From a virus (taxonomy: Duplodnaviria > Caudoviricetes), in IMG/VR virus record IMGVR_UViG_3300034073_002120: a stretch of 64,000 nucleotides of DNA. One strand, written 5' to 3'. Below are positions 27,825-37,488 of the stretch, piece after piece (the stretch's first letter is position 1; each line of letters begins with the position of its first letter). A model generated the notes under the pieces. It saw only the letters and a program-made list of their open reading frames with translations. It was not told the origin of the DNA and made no database searches. The position numbers were made by a program, and so were the translations under genes.

Positions 27825-30800
27825 TTAGTAAAAAATACCCAAAAGTTGATTTAATGATGCGAACGCACCAGTTAGTTTGAACGTTTGTCCGTTGTATATG
27901 AATACAATACCTTCAATTGGAACTATTTTAGATGGTCCACCGATTGCATTCAATCTTTTTAATTCTAATTTTAATTTTTCTATTTTTTTAGGGTCACCAC
28001 TTGCTTCTACATCTTTGATAGTTTGGTCTAATCTCTTTTTCATATCTCTAACAGCCTTGTCAGGATTTACTGTCAATACTGATGATGTGAATTGTAGAAC
28101 TTCTGCACCTACTCCTAAGAAAATATCTTCGAATTTCATTAGATTATCTTTTGCAATTCCTTTTTGGTCTTCCTTATCCATCTTAGTTGCCCAAGCAAGT
28201 GTTTTCTCATCCACAATTGTATTCTTATCAATACGGAATCCTTTATCACCGAATGCCCATCTCTTTACCAATCCAATTTTAGTGGTATTATCTAATGTTG
28301 ATGGTGATTTTTTATCTACATAGTTTTCCCACCACGCTTGATGATATTCAGCAACACCGGCAGTATCACCTAATCCAAATTCTTTTTGTAATTTAGATAT
28401 TTTAGCAAGATACTTTGGTTTCTTAGATGAAAGGTCTTGTGATTTCGGTAATTTTAATACAGGTGGTCCTTGTAAAGTGTAATTATCTTGTACATTCTGT
28501 TCGATTTGTTTAATCATACCACCCAATACTCTACCTGCTTCTGCAGATTCACCTACTGCGTTACCACTTTCATCATACTCCATAGTTCCGTGAAATACTA
28601 ATAAAGGTTGACCATATGGTATAACGTTTACCGATGTTGGGTATATCACCTCAATATTCATAAAACATGCACCATTCTTAAAAATCTTTTCTTTTTGTTT
28701 ATCTGATAGTGATGATATAGCCTTTGTTAAATCTTTCATTGCAAAGTTATATGCTTTTTCTAATTCACCTCTTCCAGCAAACTTAGTAGCAACACCACTA
28801 ATATCTAATGCATTTGCACCTCTATTTGCTAAGTGTGATTTATTACGAGCTGCAACTAACTTACCATTTACCCAACTGATTGCTAATGCCTGTCCATCGG
28901 TCTTCTCTCTAGCTAATTCTAAATTACCTTCTAATGCACGATTTACAATATCTTTTAATTGACCAAATGTTAAATTGATTTCAGTATCAAATGGATGATT
29001 CATATGTCCATATGCACCACCTTCATTTATTATTACTTCTTTTACTGGTTCATATCCTCTATCTTCATCATCTTTTGTATCAGTTTGATGACCAGGTTGT
29101 TTTTTTCTTTTATCATCAAAATCAATTGTATCTAATTCTGCAGGATGTCCATAATCCGGTGCATATGTAGAGGTTTTGTGATGATGCATAAAATTATGCT
29201 CAACATCAGTTTCTGCTTTATGATTTTTTGAATTTATTGATTCAAATGCTTTAGGTGTTTTTACTTTATACCAACCACCACCAGGAGTTCTAAATATTCT
29301 AGCAGGTATTTCTAATACCCCGTTTGCAGGTAATTTAGAACGATATTTACTATCTATATGAACTACTTTAGTTATGAATACTTTTGTTTTATTATTTGAA
29401 CCCAATAATTCAACTTCTATTTTAACCGGTTGACCACCAATTTTTATAGTTCCTGCAAATATTTCACCCTTAGTAAGTTCATTTATATCATCATCTTCTA
29501 AATCTGGTTGTCCTGAATCTTTTGTTGGGAAATTGGTTTTACCTCTATATTTGTTTGGATTAGTTCCGATTGCAGTATGGTAATCCCAACCAGTTCCATA
29601 GTTAAAACTTTGTGGAACTCTACCTTCTTCAATTGATGCTAGGTTTGTATAATATTTTGGGTCTTCAAAAAGATGGTCTAACGCTATTTCCTTTGCAACA
29701 TCACTATCAGTTGTATGTTCTCTTTCAACTTTATATCCTTTTTTGAACTCATCGGTTATATCTTCAATTGATACATTATGTTTTGTAGCAATATCACTTA
29801 AAGATAATCCTTTTGCCAATCCGCCAGGTATTTTATCCACTTGAACTGCAATTTCAACGGAAAGAGTTGGGTTAGATGTTTTGAAATCATCCTTTCTCAT
29901 TACTGTTTTTGCAATAATTTGATTTGCTTGTTTAACAAATGGAATGTTTATATCATATCTCTTGTCTTTAACAACAATTTGATTATACTTTTCTAAAAAC
30001 TCTTTAAATTCTTTTTTATGACGTGCTAATCTCTTAAAAAATCCTGTCAATTCTGGTTCTGATATTTCTTTACCATTACGAGTATCATTTACTCTATCAA
30101 AGAAGTGTTTAGTAAATTCAATATCTTCTGGTGATAGTTGTTTCTCTGCATATTTCTCAATTTGATTTAATTGAGAATGACTCATTTCGGATACATTTTG
30201 TTTTTCGTTGTACGAATCTATTGCTTTCTCCATTACATCTGCAGGAATTTCCATATTTTCTAAACCATCTGCTATTTTATCTGAAAATAACATAAGTAAT
30301 CGTTCTTCTTCATTTACATCTGCAAATAATGCTGCTTTTCCTGCTCCCATTGCTAATGTTTCTGCAATAATATGAGGAACAAACTCTACTGCCAAATGTT
30401 GTGCAAATGGTAAAACTCCATGTGATAATCCACCGGTTGCGATTCCAAAAATTGCTGTGGTGACTATTTTTTTACCAACATCAACTAATGCTTTTTTCTC
30501 ATCTTCCGATACACCTTTACCACTTACAAAATTAGCAACACCTTTACCTGCTGTTTTAAATAAATGTGCTTCATGTTTAAGTCCATGAACAATAGCATTT
30601 CTAGCACCCTTTGTTTTATCTCTTAATGCCTCACCCCAACTTCTACGTTCATCCGATTTTGGTTTATCCTGATGTTTTGTAAAGAATTCTTTTTCTTTTT
30701 CTGCCCAACCACTAATCTTTCTTTTTAAATTCTTTACACTATACTTTGAAACATCAGCACCACCATCTTCTGGTTCCGAACCTTTATTAAATACACCATC

Positions 30801-32684
30801 ATAATCCATTACTTTCACCGGTAATTTCTTACCATACGCAGTAAATGACATTAAACGAGTATTTCCTGCAACTAAATGTAAATCACCATTTTTATCTCTT
30901 AAAGCAATTGGTGGTGGAACGTTATTTCCTTTTTGAATACCTTTTTCTAATCTATTCCAATCCTTACCATATTCATCTGCAAGTTCTTTACCTCTTGCTT
31001 TCATAGCATTAGAACCACCTTCTTCACTTGCAGAAAGAATTTCACCAACATCGGTATTACTCATATTCTGCATATCTTCGGATGATAAGTAAATAGGTTT
31101 TGCTGCTTTCATTTTCTGAATCATATCTGTTTCATCTTTGAAAGCATTTGGTGCAACGTTTTTAGTTACATCATTTTCAAAATATTCACCAGTCTCACCT
31201 TGATATTCTTCATCACTATAATCTCTAATATTTTTTACCTTTGCACGGTCATCATCTAAGATTTCCCAACCATCTTTCCCACTTGTCCAATCTTCTTTTG
31301 GTTTAGCAGGTTGTTGTTTAACACTTTTGTCGTGTTTAAACATATCTGCACCTTGTATTGCTTGACCAGTTGGTTTTGTTTTTTGTGTAGAAGGTTTATC
31401 TGATTTTAATTCAATATATTTACCACTATCATCTTTTTCAAATGTAGGTGCGTTTTGGTCTTTCTCCTTACCTTTCTCTTTATACTTTCCATACCCAACG
31501 TGCACGTATTTATCATCGTCATTTCCTTCCAATAAATCTAATAATTGAGAATACTCACTAATTAGTTCTTCTACTATATCTTTCTTTTTAGCTTTTTGTT
31601 TTTTCACTTTTATTTTCTCTACTGGTTTTGTTACATCAATATCAGATGGTGCATATGGATATGTTGTTGCTTCAAAATCCGCTCTTGCGTTGTTTTTTGA
31701 TTTAATTTTAAATGTGAATTGGTCTTCATCATCTTTAGCAAATATTGCATCTGCTTTTGGAAAATCAGTTTGAGTATATCCGCCTCTTACAAACCACTCA
31801 TCACTACTATTTACACCATCATCTGCACCTAATTTACGTTTTTTACCTTTTGGTAAATAACCACCATCTGGTTGCGAATCTTCACCACCACTTGCTATAG
31901 CAGTTTCGTTAAAAATATTTTGTTTTGGTATTATTCTGAATGTGGTTGCTTTTTTACCATTTATAGTTGGCATTCCATGTTCATCTTTACCGATTGATTT
32001 CACTACTACTTTTTTATTTTTGAATTTACCCATTAAGACAGTATCACCAATATTGACATCCATCGTAATATCTTCATTTATTGATTCGCCTAACTTTGCT
32101 AATTTAAGTGTAATGAATTTGTAGATTGTTTCATCAAATTTTGGATATGCTTTTAAGAAATTTTTTCTCTTTTCATCATCACTACCTTTACTTAACCAAT
32201 TACGAACATCAGTTCCACTAACTGCGTTTGGTTGAGCAGGTGAAGCATAAACGTATCCTTTATCTTTATACCCAAATTCAATTTTACCTTTATATTTTTC
32301 AAAGTATTTACCACCCAAACGTTGTTTGTCTTTTTCACCAACAACAGTTATAAATCCAGTTGTAGTTTCATCGAAATTTTTAAGTATTTCAGTAGGAGCA
32401 TAAGGATTCTTAACCTCAACTATTTTGTTTGATGGAATACCAAACATTTTAGTCATTATGGTTTTCTTTTCCTTAAAATTAAATGGTGATTTTTGATTAT
32501 CGGTTTTATTAGATGTACCGATATACACTCTATCCTTACCAAACTTTTTTACAAGTCCTTGATAAGTTGCAAGGTGACCTTTGTGAAATGGTTGAAATCT
32601 ACCTGAATATACTACAACAAAATCTTTTAACTCCTCTTCGGTTAAAAGTATTTGTTCCATCAGATATTTACTTAATTCATTCAT
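27825..32684 (-). CDS. 1619-aa multidomain protein: HIGH-family cytidylyl/nucleotidyltransferase, ParB/Srx-like, DUF5661-like and C-terminal KxDG-containing domains
   Basis: YSGRFQPFHKGH; PPPIALRDKNGDLHLVAGNTRLM; TKHFFDRVND.RN; VEREHT.D..VAKEIALDHLFEDPKYY; EGGAYGHMNHPFD...REKTDGQAL. Confidence 0.7.
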   Translation of the reverse strand: MNELSKYLMEQILLTEEELKDFVVVYSGRFQPFHKGHLATYQGLVKKFGKDRVYIGTSNKTDNQKSPFNFKEKKTIMTKMFGIPSNKIVEVKNPYAPTEILKNFDETTTGFITVVGEKDKQRLGGKYFEKYKGKIEFGYKDKGYVYASPAQPNAVSGTDVRNWLSKGSDDEKRKNFLKAYPKFDETIYKFITLKLAKLGESINEDITMDVNIGDTVLMGKFKNKKVVVKSIGKDEHGMPTINGKKATTFRIIPKQNIFNETAIASGGEDSQPDGGYLPKGKKRKLGADDGVNSSDEWFVRGGYTQTDFPKADAIFAKDDEDQFTFKIKSKNNARADFEATTYPYAPSDIDVTKPVEKIKVKKQKAKKKDIVEELISEYSQLLDLLEGNDDDKYVHVGYGKYKEKGKEKDQNAPTFEKDDSGKYIELKSDKPSTQKTKPTGQAIQGADMFKHDKSVKQQPAKPKEDWTSGKDGWEILDDDRAKVKNIRDYSDEEYQGETGEYFENDVTKNVAPNAFKDETDMIQKMKAAKPIYLSSEDMQNMSNTDVGEILSASEEGGSNAMKARGKELADEYGKDWNRLEKGIQKGNNVPPPIALRDKNGDLHLVAGNTRLMSFTAYGKKLPVKVMDYDGVFNKGSEPEDGGADVSKYSVKNLKRKISGWAEKEKEFFTKHQDKPKSDERRSWGEALRDKTKGARNAIVHGLKHEAHLFKTAGKGVANFVSGKGVSEDEKKALVDVGKKIVTTAIFGIATGGLSHGVLPFAQHLAVEFVPHIIAETLAMGAGKAALFADVNEEERLLMLFSDKIADGLENMEIPADVMEKAIDSYNEKQNVSEMSHSQLNQIEKYAEKQLSPEDIEFTKHFFDRVNDTRNGKEISEPELTGFFKRLARHKKEFKEFLEKYNQIVVKDKRYDINIPFVKQANQIIAKTVMRKDDFKTSNPTLSVEIAVQVDKIPGGLAKGLSLSDIATKHNVSIEDITDEFKKGYKVEREHTTDSDVAKEIALDHLFEDPKYYTNLASIEEGRVPQSFNYGTGWDYHTAIGTNPNKYRGKTNFPTKDSGQPDLEDDDINELTKGEIFAGTIKIGGQPVKIEVELLGSNNKTKVFITKVVHIDSKYRSKLPANGVLEIPARIFRTPGGGWYKVKTPKAFESINSKNHKAETDVEHNFMHHHKTSTYAPDYGHPAELDTIDFDDKRKKQPGHQTDTKDDEDRGYEPVKEVIINEGGAYGHMNHPFDTEINLTFGQLKDIVNRALEGNLELAREKTDGQALAISWVNGKLVAARNKSHLANRGANALDISGVATKFAGRGELEKAYNFAMKDLTKAISSLSDKQKEKIFKNGACFMNIEVIYPTSVNVIPYGQPLLVFHGTMEYDESGNAVGESAEAGRVLGGMIKQIEQNVQDNYTLQGPPVLKLPKSQDLSSKKPKYLAKISKLQKEFGLGDTAGVAEYHQAWWENYVDKKSPSTLDNTTKIGLVKRWAFGDKGFRIDKNTIVDEKTLAWATKMDKEDQKGIAKDNLMKFEDIFLGVGAEVLQFTSSVLTVNPDKAVRDMKKRLDQTIKDVEASGDPKKIEKLKLELKRLNAIGGPSKIVPIEGIVFIYNGQTFKLTGAFASLNQLLGIFY

Positions 32685-32706
32685 AATTTACTGCTCTATC
32701 TTAGTA

Positions 32707-32714
32707 TATAAATA
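32707..32714 (-). promoter_or_regulatory. Representative copy of the putative late-promoter motif, sense TATTTATA
   Basis: Exact plus-strand tataaata occurs in intergenic gaps at 3676, 3682, 6654, 11021, 11480, 14128, 23279, 25492, 32707, 50081, 51838, 52937 and 61303, each upstream of a minus-strand ATG. Confidence 0.65.
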
Positions 32715-32729
32715 TGAATGTTTTCATAA

Positions 32730-32858
32730 TTAGTGATTTTTGTAAACGAATGGGTCTCTCTTACGCAATTCTTCTAATTTCTTTTTATAAATTTCCATTT
32801 GTTTCTTTTTGTTTCGTTTTTTCTTAAAATACTCAACAATTTTTTTAAATAAGTTCAT
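32730..32858 (-). CDS. 42-aa basic peptide (MNLFKKIVEYF...LRKRDPFVYKNH); likely true start at 32858
   Basis: The in-frame ATG gives a 14-nt overlap with the upstream gene instead of ~120 nt. KRDPF(I/V)Y ending. Confidence 0.55.
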   Translation of the reverse strand: MNLFKKIVEYFKKKRNKKKQMEIYKKKLEELRKRDPFVYKNH

Positions 32859-33537
32859 TTTTTCTATTTGGGTCTTTAAAGTAAATTCTATACACATATC
32901 TATTCCAATTTTCAATTTTAGTAACCGAATGGGATATTCCTGGTGTATTATAATATGAATCAAAAATTACTAATTGATTTTTTTTCGGTTTATAGGTATA
33001 AATAATATTTTTACCGGTTTCATCATCATAAAAAAGAACATCACCGCCAATATCACCCTCTTGCATATCAGTACAATATAAAACTGCAGTACATAATCTA
33101 CTATTACCAGGTGATGTATCGGAATGAATTCTCATTAAATAACCAGGACCATATTCGATTACCGATTGATATTCTATTTCTATGTTGTTATTATTATAAA
33201 TCTCTTTAATGAGATTATGTATATTTTTTGTTATTGTTTCTCGTGTTTGATTACTTAACATTATATCAGAATCACGTCTTAATAATTCATAATCTGTATC
33301 TATATCATAATTTTTATGAAACATTTCTTTTTCAATATCAGTAAAATCTTTATAAAATTTTTGATAAATACCGAAAGTTGTATTTGTTATATTGTTTGTT
33401 ACTGCAAATCTAACTGATTGATTTCCTTCACTTTTTTGGTCTATTATTTCATTAGTAATAGTATCAAATATATTTGTATCTATGACATCATCATAGATAA
33501 AAAATCTTTTAGCAGTATCTTCATATATTTTTATCAT
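32845..33537 (-). CDS. 2OG-Fe(II) oxygenase, prolyl-4-hydroxylase-like
   Basis: YGPGYLMRIHSD (HxD), TAVLY, GGDVLF, KPKKNQLVIFDS, SHSVTKI and distal R. Confidence 0.8.
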   Translation of the reverse strand: MIKIYEDTAKRFFIYDDVIDTNIFDTITNEIIDQKSEGNQSVRFAVTNNITNTTFGIYQKFYKDFTDIEKEMFHKNYDIDTDYELLRRDSDIMLSNQTRETITKNIHNLIKEIYNNNNIEIEYQSVIEYGPGYLMRIHSDTSPGNSRLCTAVLYCTDMQEGDIGGDVLFYDDETGKNIIYTYKPKKNQLVIFDSYYNTPGISHSVTKIENWNRYVYRIYFKDPNRKNELI

Positions 33538-34985
33538 AATAAATGTATTTCTTCATTATTGTTAATAATTTTATTAAGATTTTTCATATAAATATCAGCT
33601 ACATATTCATCAGTATATTTTAATAAATGATTTCTATTATACTCTAATATATGAAACATTTGTTTCATCATTTCATCCCATTCTTCGGTTGATTTAGTTA
33701 TTAGTGTTTTTATCAATTCATATACTTTAATAATTCTATCACTATTATTTTCAATATCATCATAACTTTCATCCCAAAAATCACTAAATGTTTTAAATCC
33801 ATAATTTTTAAGAGTTTTAAGAATACCAGGTCTACCTACTAATACAAATGGATGTAAATGAGCTATTGGTTTTAATGTTTTTTCTGAAATATATGTTCCC
33901 ATTTCATAAAATAACGTTTCTGCTACAATACTAAAATATGTTTTTTCATATATATCTTTTGTTTCAAACGCAAATCCCCATACTGAATCTAAATCATCAT
34001 AATCTACAACTCTCTTTTTTATTTTTGTTAAATTATGAAACCCCGTACTCATTTTATTTTTATAATGTTGTGGTTCTATATATGGGTTTCCATCATATCC
34101 ACCACCATTAACCAAATCCAATCCCGCATCTGGTGTATATAACATTTCTCCCATATCAAACGATGAAAGAGTATTATTTAATAACCCATCATTTTGTAAT
34201 AAAGATAAAATAACCAATCGATGTGGTCGTAATCTACGATTTAACATCAATGCTTTCTTTTCCCTATTTTTTAATTCAAGTAAATCATTTGTTTTTGTAA
34301 TTGAATTTATATTAGTATGACCGTTAAAATTCATTTCACTTACATCGTTCAATAAATCACGAGTTTCTTTACTTTTAGCAAATATTGGCCATGGATAACA
34401 AGTTGTTTTTAATAAATTTTCTGGATTATTAGTTTTTACATAATAATTTTTATACAATTCAGTAGTATTTGCAGATGCTGTGATTATCAATATCTTAGAT
34501 GGGTTTATATCTAATCTATCACAAGTTTTATGAATATTATCAAATAGTTCTGGTTTAATATCACCCTCACTACTATAATCAAATATTAAAAAAAAGTTTT
34601 TGGCCTTTAAATTTTCTTTTGCACGAGCTGATATGAAATCAAACGTATGTTTATTTTGATGATATGTAAAATCATCGCCAGTTGATACTAATAAATTTCC
34701 GAATGGTGCGATTGTGTAATAATAGACATCTGATGGGTTTCCTATTGTGTTAGTATTATCATCATATTGTAAATCATTTATATGATGGTCTTTTATACAC
34801 ATATCACCAATATTTAAATAACAATCATATACTGCTATTTGTAAATATTTTTTTGAAAACGCAGTAATAAAATCATTATCAATAAAAAAATTATTATCCC
34901 ACAAATCACTTGTAAAATTATAATTCAATCCATTTGGAATAAATCCACTTGGACCTAAAAAATCAAAAACTCTATGTATTTGCAT
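33534..34985 (-). CDS. Putative glycosyltransferase, paralog 1 of the ET...EK..KPI family; likely start MQIHRV at 34985
   Basis: LMLNRRLRPHR, YFSIVAETLFYEMGTYISEKTLKPIAHLHPF and GFKTFSDFWDESYD. Confidence 0.55.
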   Translation of the reverse strand: MQIHRVFDFLGPSGFIPNGLNYNFTSDLWDNNFFIDNDFITAFSKKYLQIAVYDCYLNIGDMCIKDHHINDLQYDDNTNTIGNPSDVYYYTIAPFGNLLVSTGDDFTYHQNKHTFDFISARAKENLKAKNFFLIFDYSSEGDIKPELFDNIHKTCDRLDINPSKILIITASANTTELYKNYYVKTNNPENLLKTTCYPWPIFAKSKETRDLLNDVSEMNFNGHTNINSITKTNDLLELKNREKKALMLNRRLRPHRLVILSLLQNDGLLNNTLSSFDMGEMLYTPDAGLDLVNGGGYDGNPYIEPQHYKNKMSTGFHNLTKIKKRVVDYDDLDSVWGFAFETKDIYEKTYFSIVAETLFYEMGTYISEKTLKPIAHLHPFVLVGRPGILKTLKNYGFKTFSDFWDESYDDIENNSDRIIKVYELIKTLITKSTEEWDEMMKQMFHILEYNRNHLLKYTDEYVADIYMKNLNKIINNNEEIHLL

Positions 34986-35523
34986 AATATAATTCAGGAT
35001 ATTCAACCAATAGATGAATACCAACATTTTCTATTGCATATTTATAACTTAACTCAACATCTTGCCAAGTTTTTAAATCATGGAATTCAATATTTGGACA
35101 CATTGATTTAAATTGCTCAGTATAATTCCCTTTATGTTGATGACCTGGGTCTAATGGTTTATCAGAACCTTTACCAACTCTAATTAGGATATGTGGATTC
35201 CAAGTACCATCTGACATTAATCCGATTTTATCTAAATGATTCACAAGTTGATTAGTTGCACATATTAAAAAATCCCAACGTGGATAAAAACTTACTACTT
35301 TATGGCCATTCATAGCCAATCCTAAACTCATTCCCATTTGAGTTTCTTCCATAACAGGAACTTCAATCATTTTTTCTTTTGGTAATCCTTCAATAGTCTT
35401 TGACATTGGATTTCCATAATATACAATTTGTTGTCCTATAAAAATAGTAGATTCATCTTCCATTATAGTCTTCATAGCACTTGTCAATGCATCTACATAT
35501 GGTGTAAATTGTGGTGAACTCAT
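34972..35523 (-). CDS. TPP-dependent enzyme beta-like subunit (transketolase pyrimidine-binding domain only)
   Basis: IFIGQQI, EVPVMEETQMGMSLGLAMNG, FLICATNQLVNHL.K and GHQH. No C-terminal domain. Confidence 0.8.
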   Translation of the reverse strand: MSSPQFTPYVDALTSAMKTIMEDESTIFIGQQIVYYGNPMSKTIEGLPKEKMIEVPVMEETQMGMSLGLAMNGHKVVSFYPRWDFLICATNQLVNHLDKIGLMSDGTWNPHILIRVGKGSDKPLDPGHQHKGNYTEQFKSMCPNIEFHDLKTWQDVELSYKYAIENVGIHLLVEYPELYYANT

Positions 35524-35526
35524 AAC

Positions 35527-36519
35527 TTATGGTTTTGAATTTGGATTATATTCGTTTTTATGTTCTTTATACCATTCGATGGTTTCTTTCAATGCCTGTT
35601 TTAAATCTCTTTTTGGTTTCCAACCTGCATCGTTTATTTTTTTAGATGAAAGTAATCTAACCGGAATCATCGGTGCCTTATTATTTACAAATTCGATTGG
35701 ATTAGTGTTTCCTTCAATTTCCTTAATCCACCCTAACACTTCATTAACACTATAACCCTTTCCATAAGCAACATTAAAAATATTGTATGTATCGTTGTTC
35801 TCAGCAACCCAAATAAATCCATCGGCCATATCTTCTACGTGCAATAAATCTCTGATTTCAGAACCATCGCCCCATACCGGAATTGGATTTAAATTATCTG
35901 CTACTTTACGAATGTTTGCGGGTGTAACATGACACTTTTCAAAATCAAATTTATCATTTGGTCCGAATGCGTTTGAAGGTCTAACAATTAAACATTGCAT
36001 TGGATTGTGAATTTGATGTGAAAAATAATCACAAAGTAATTCACCATATCTTTTCATATTACCAACTGCTCCATATATTGGGAATGTAGGTGTTGCATGA
36101 ACATTTATATCTTCCGTACAAAACTCATCCTTCATATCTGGATAAACTGTATTAGATGAAATGAATAAGAATTTCGTAACCCCATTTCTCCAACTTTGTT
36201 CCATCAAATTTACATTCATTTCTACATTTGGAGTAACGTGTAATAGAGGATTTTCTTTTGTATCTAATGCATTTGATGTATTTGCTGCACAATGAAATAC
36301 TACATCTACACCTTCGGAAACTTCTGCACAAAACTTTGCATCTTGTAAATTTCCTTTATAAAACGCAACATCAGATGTTCCTACGAAATCGTTTCTTAAA
36401 TTTCTACTATGAGATGTTGCTCGTAGGTTTCTATAACCTTTCTCCCATAATAATCTTAATAGATGTGAACCAATAAATCCACTTGCACCAGTAACTAAAA
36501 TCTTATCCGTTTTTTTCAT
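35527..36519 (-). CDS. NAD-dependent epimerase/reductase (GDP-L-fucose synthase-like extended SDR)
   Basis: VTGASGFIG, FLFISSNTVYP, RPSNAFGPND and VWGDGSEIRDLLHVED. Confidence 0.85.
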   Translation of the reverse strand: MKKTDKILVTGASGFIGSHLLRLLWEKGYRNLRATSHSRNLRNDFVGTSDVAFYKGNLQDAKFCAEVSEGVDVVFHCAANTSNALDTKENPLLHVTPNVEMNVNLMEQSWRNGVTKFLFISSNTVYPDMKDEFCTEDINVHATPTFPIYGAVGNMKRYGELLCDYFSHQIHNPMQCLIVRPSNAFGPNDKFDFEKCHVTPANIRKVADNLNPIPVWGDGSEIRDLLHVEDMADGFIWVAENNDTYNIFNVAYGKGYSVNEVLGWIKEIEGNTNPIEFVNNKAPMIPVRLLSSKKINDAGWKPKRDLKQALKETIEWYKEHKNEYNPNSKP

Positions 36520-36522
36520 AAC

Positions 36523-37488
36523 TTATTTTTTGTATTCGTTTAAATAATAATCTATCGTATGTTTCAATCCTGTCTTTAAGGATATTTTTTGTTTGATTCC
36601 AAATGATTCTGCACGTTCCGTACTCATCAATCGCTTCTCATCTCCATTTGGTTTAGTTGGGTCCCATTCAATTTGAACTTTAACTCCGTACATTTCTTCA
36701 TAGATTTCTACAAGAGTTTCTGCAAGTTCTTTGATTGTTACTCCAGTTCCACTACCTAAATTTATTGGTTGCGTAATACCTTGTTCGTATGCTTGAATAA
36801 TTCCATCTGCAACATCACCTGCATAGATAAAATCTCTAATAGGTGAACCATCTCCCCAACACACTAATGGATGTTCTTTCTCACCAAATAATCGTTTAAT
36901 TAAAGATGCGATGACGGTAGATTCTGGACCGAAATTATCATGTCTACCATAAATGTTTGCAGGTCTTACAATTGATGCTTTATTCCAATCATATGATACT
37001 GAATATACTTCTGCTTGAAGTTCTCCAAGTCTTTTTGCCCAACCTGCGTATTTATCTTTTTCTGATGGGAAGGTTTTCCAAACATCATCTTCGTAAAATA
37101 CTTCCGCCGGTTGATATACTCCAACTGTCGATGTGTAAACATACCATTCTACATTTTCTAAACGTGCAGCTTCCATCATATTGGTATTAAACTGCAACAT
37201 CGGTACAAAATAATCTGCAGGTTGTTCTGCTGCTCTTTTTGGAGAACCCTTTACACCTGCAATGTGGAAAATAACATCTTGTCCTTCCACTACTCTTTTA
37301 CAATTTTTGAATTCTCTTAAATCAGCTTTAATAAACTGATAATCACTCTCTTTGTATTTTTCTAATTGATTTAATGGTTCTACAATATCTACGGCGGTTA
37401 CGATTGCACCTCTTTGTAAACATTTTTCTACCATATAATTACCAACCAATCCGTTGGCACCCGTTATCAAAACCTTTTTACCATTCAT
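36523..37488 (-). CDS. NAD-dependent epimerase/reductase (GDP-fucose synthase/GDP-mannose epimerase-like)
   Basis: ITGANGLVG, YAGWAK, RPANIYG, WGDGSPIRDFIYAGD, NLGSG and WDPTKPNG. Confidence 0.85.
   Translation of the reverse strand: MNGKKVLITGANGLVGNYMVEKCLQRGAIVTAVDIVEPLNQLEKYKESDYQFIKADLREFKNCKRVVEGQDVIFHIAGVKGSPKRAAEQPADYFVPMLQFNTNMMEAARLENVEWYVYTSTVGVYQPAEVFYEDDVWKTFPSEKDKYAGWAKRLGELQAEVYSVSYDWNKASIVRPANIYGRHDNFGPESTVIASLIKRLFGEKEHPLVCWGDGSPIRDFIYAGDVADGIIQAYEQGITQPINLGSGTGVTIKELAETLVEIYEEMYGVKVQIEWDPTKPNGDEKRLMSTERAESFGIKQKISLKTGLKHTIDYYLNEYKK

Noticed and set aside
32859-32963. Long N-terminal extension of the 32730 ORF, and similarly the 20860, 35027 and 54028 starts
   Set aside because: Downstream in-frame ATGs give short or TAATG overlaps, while the longer versions overlap neighbouring genes heavily or use TTG.
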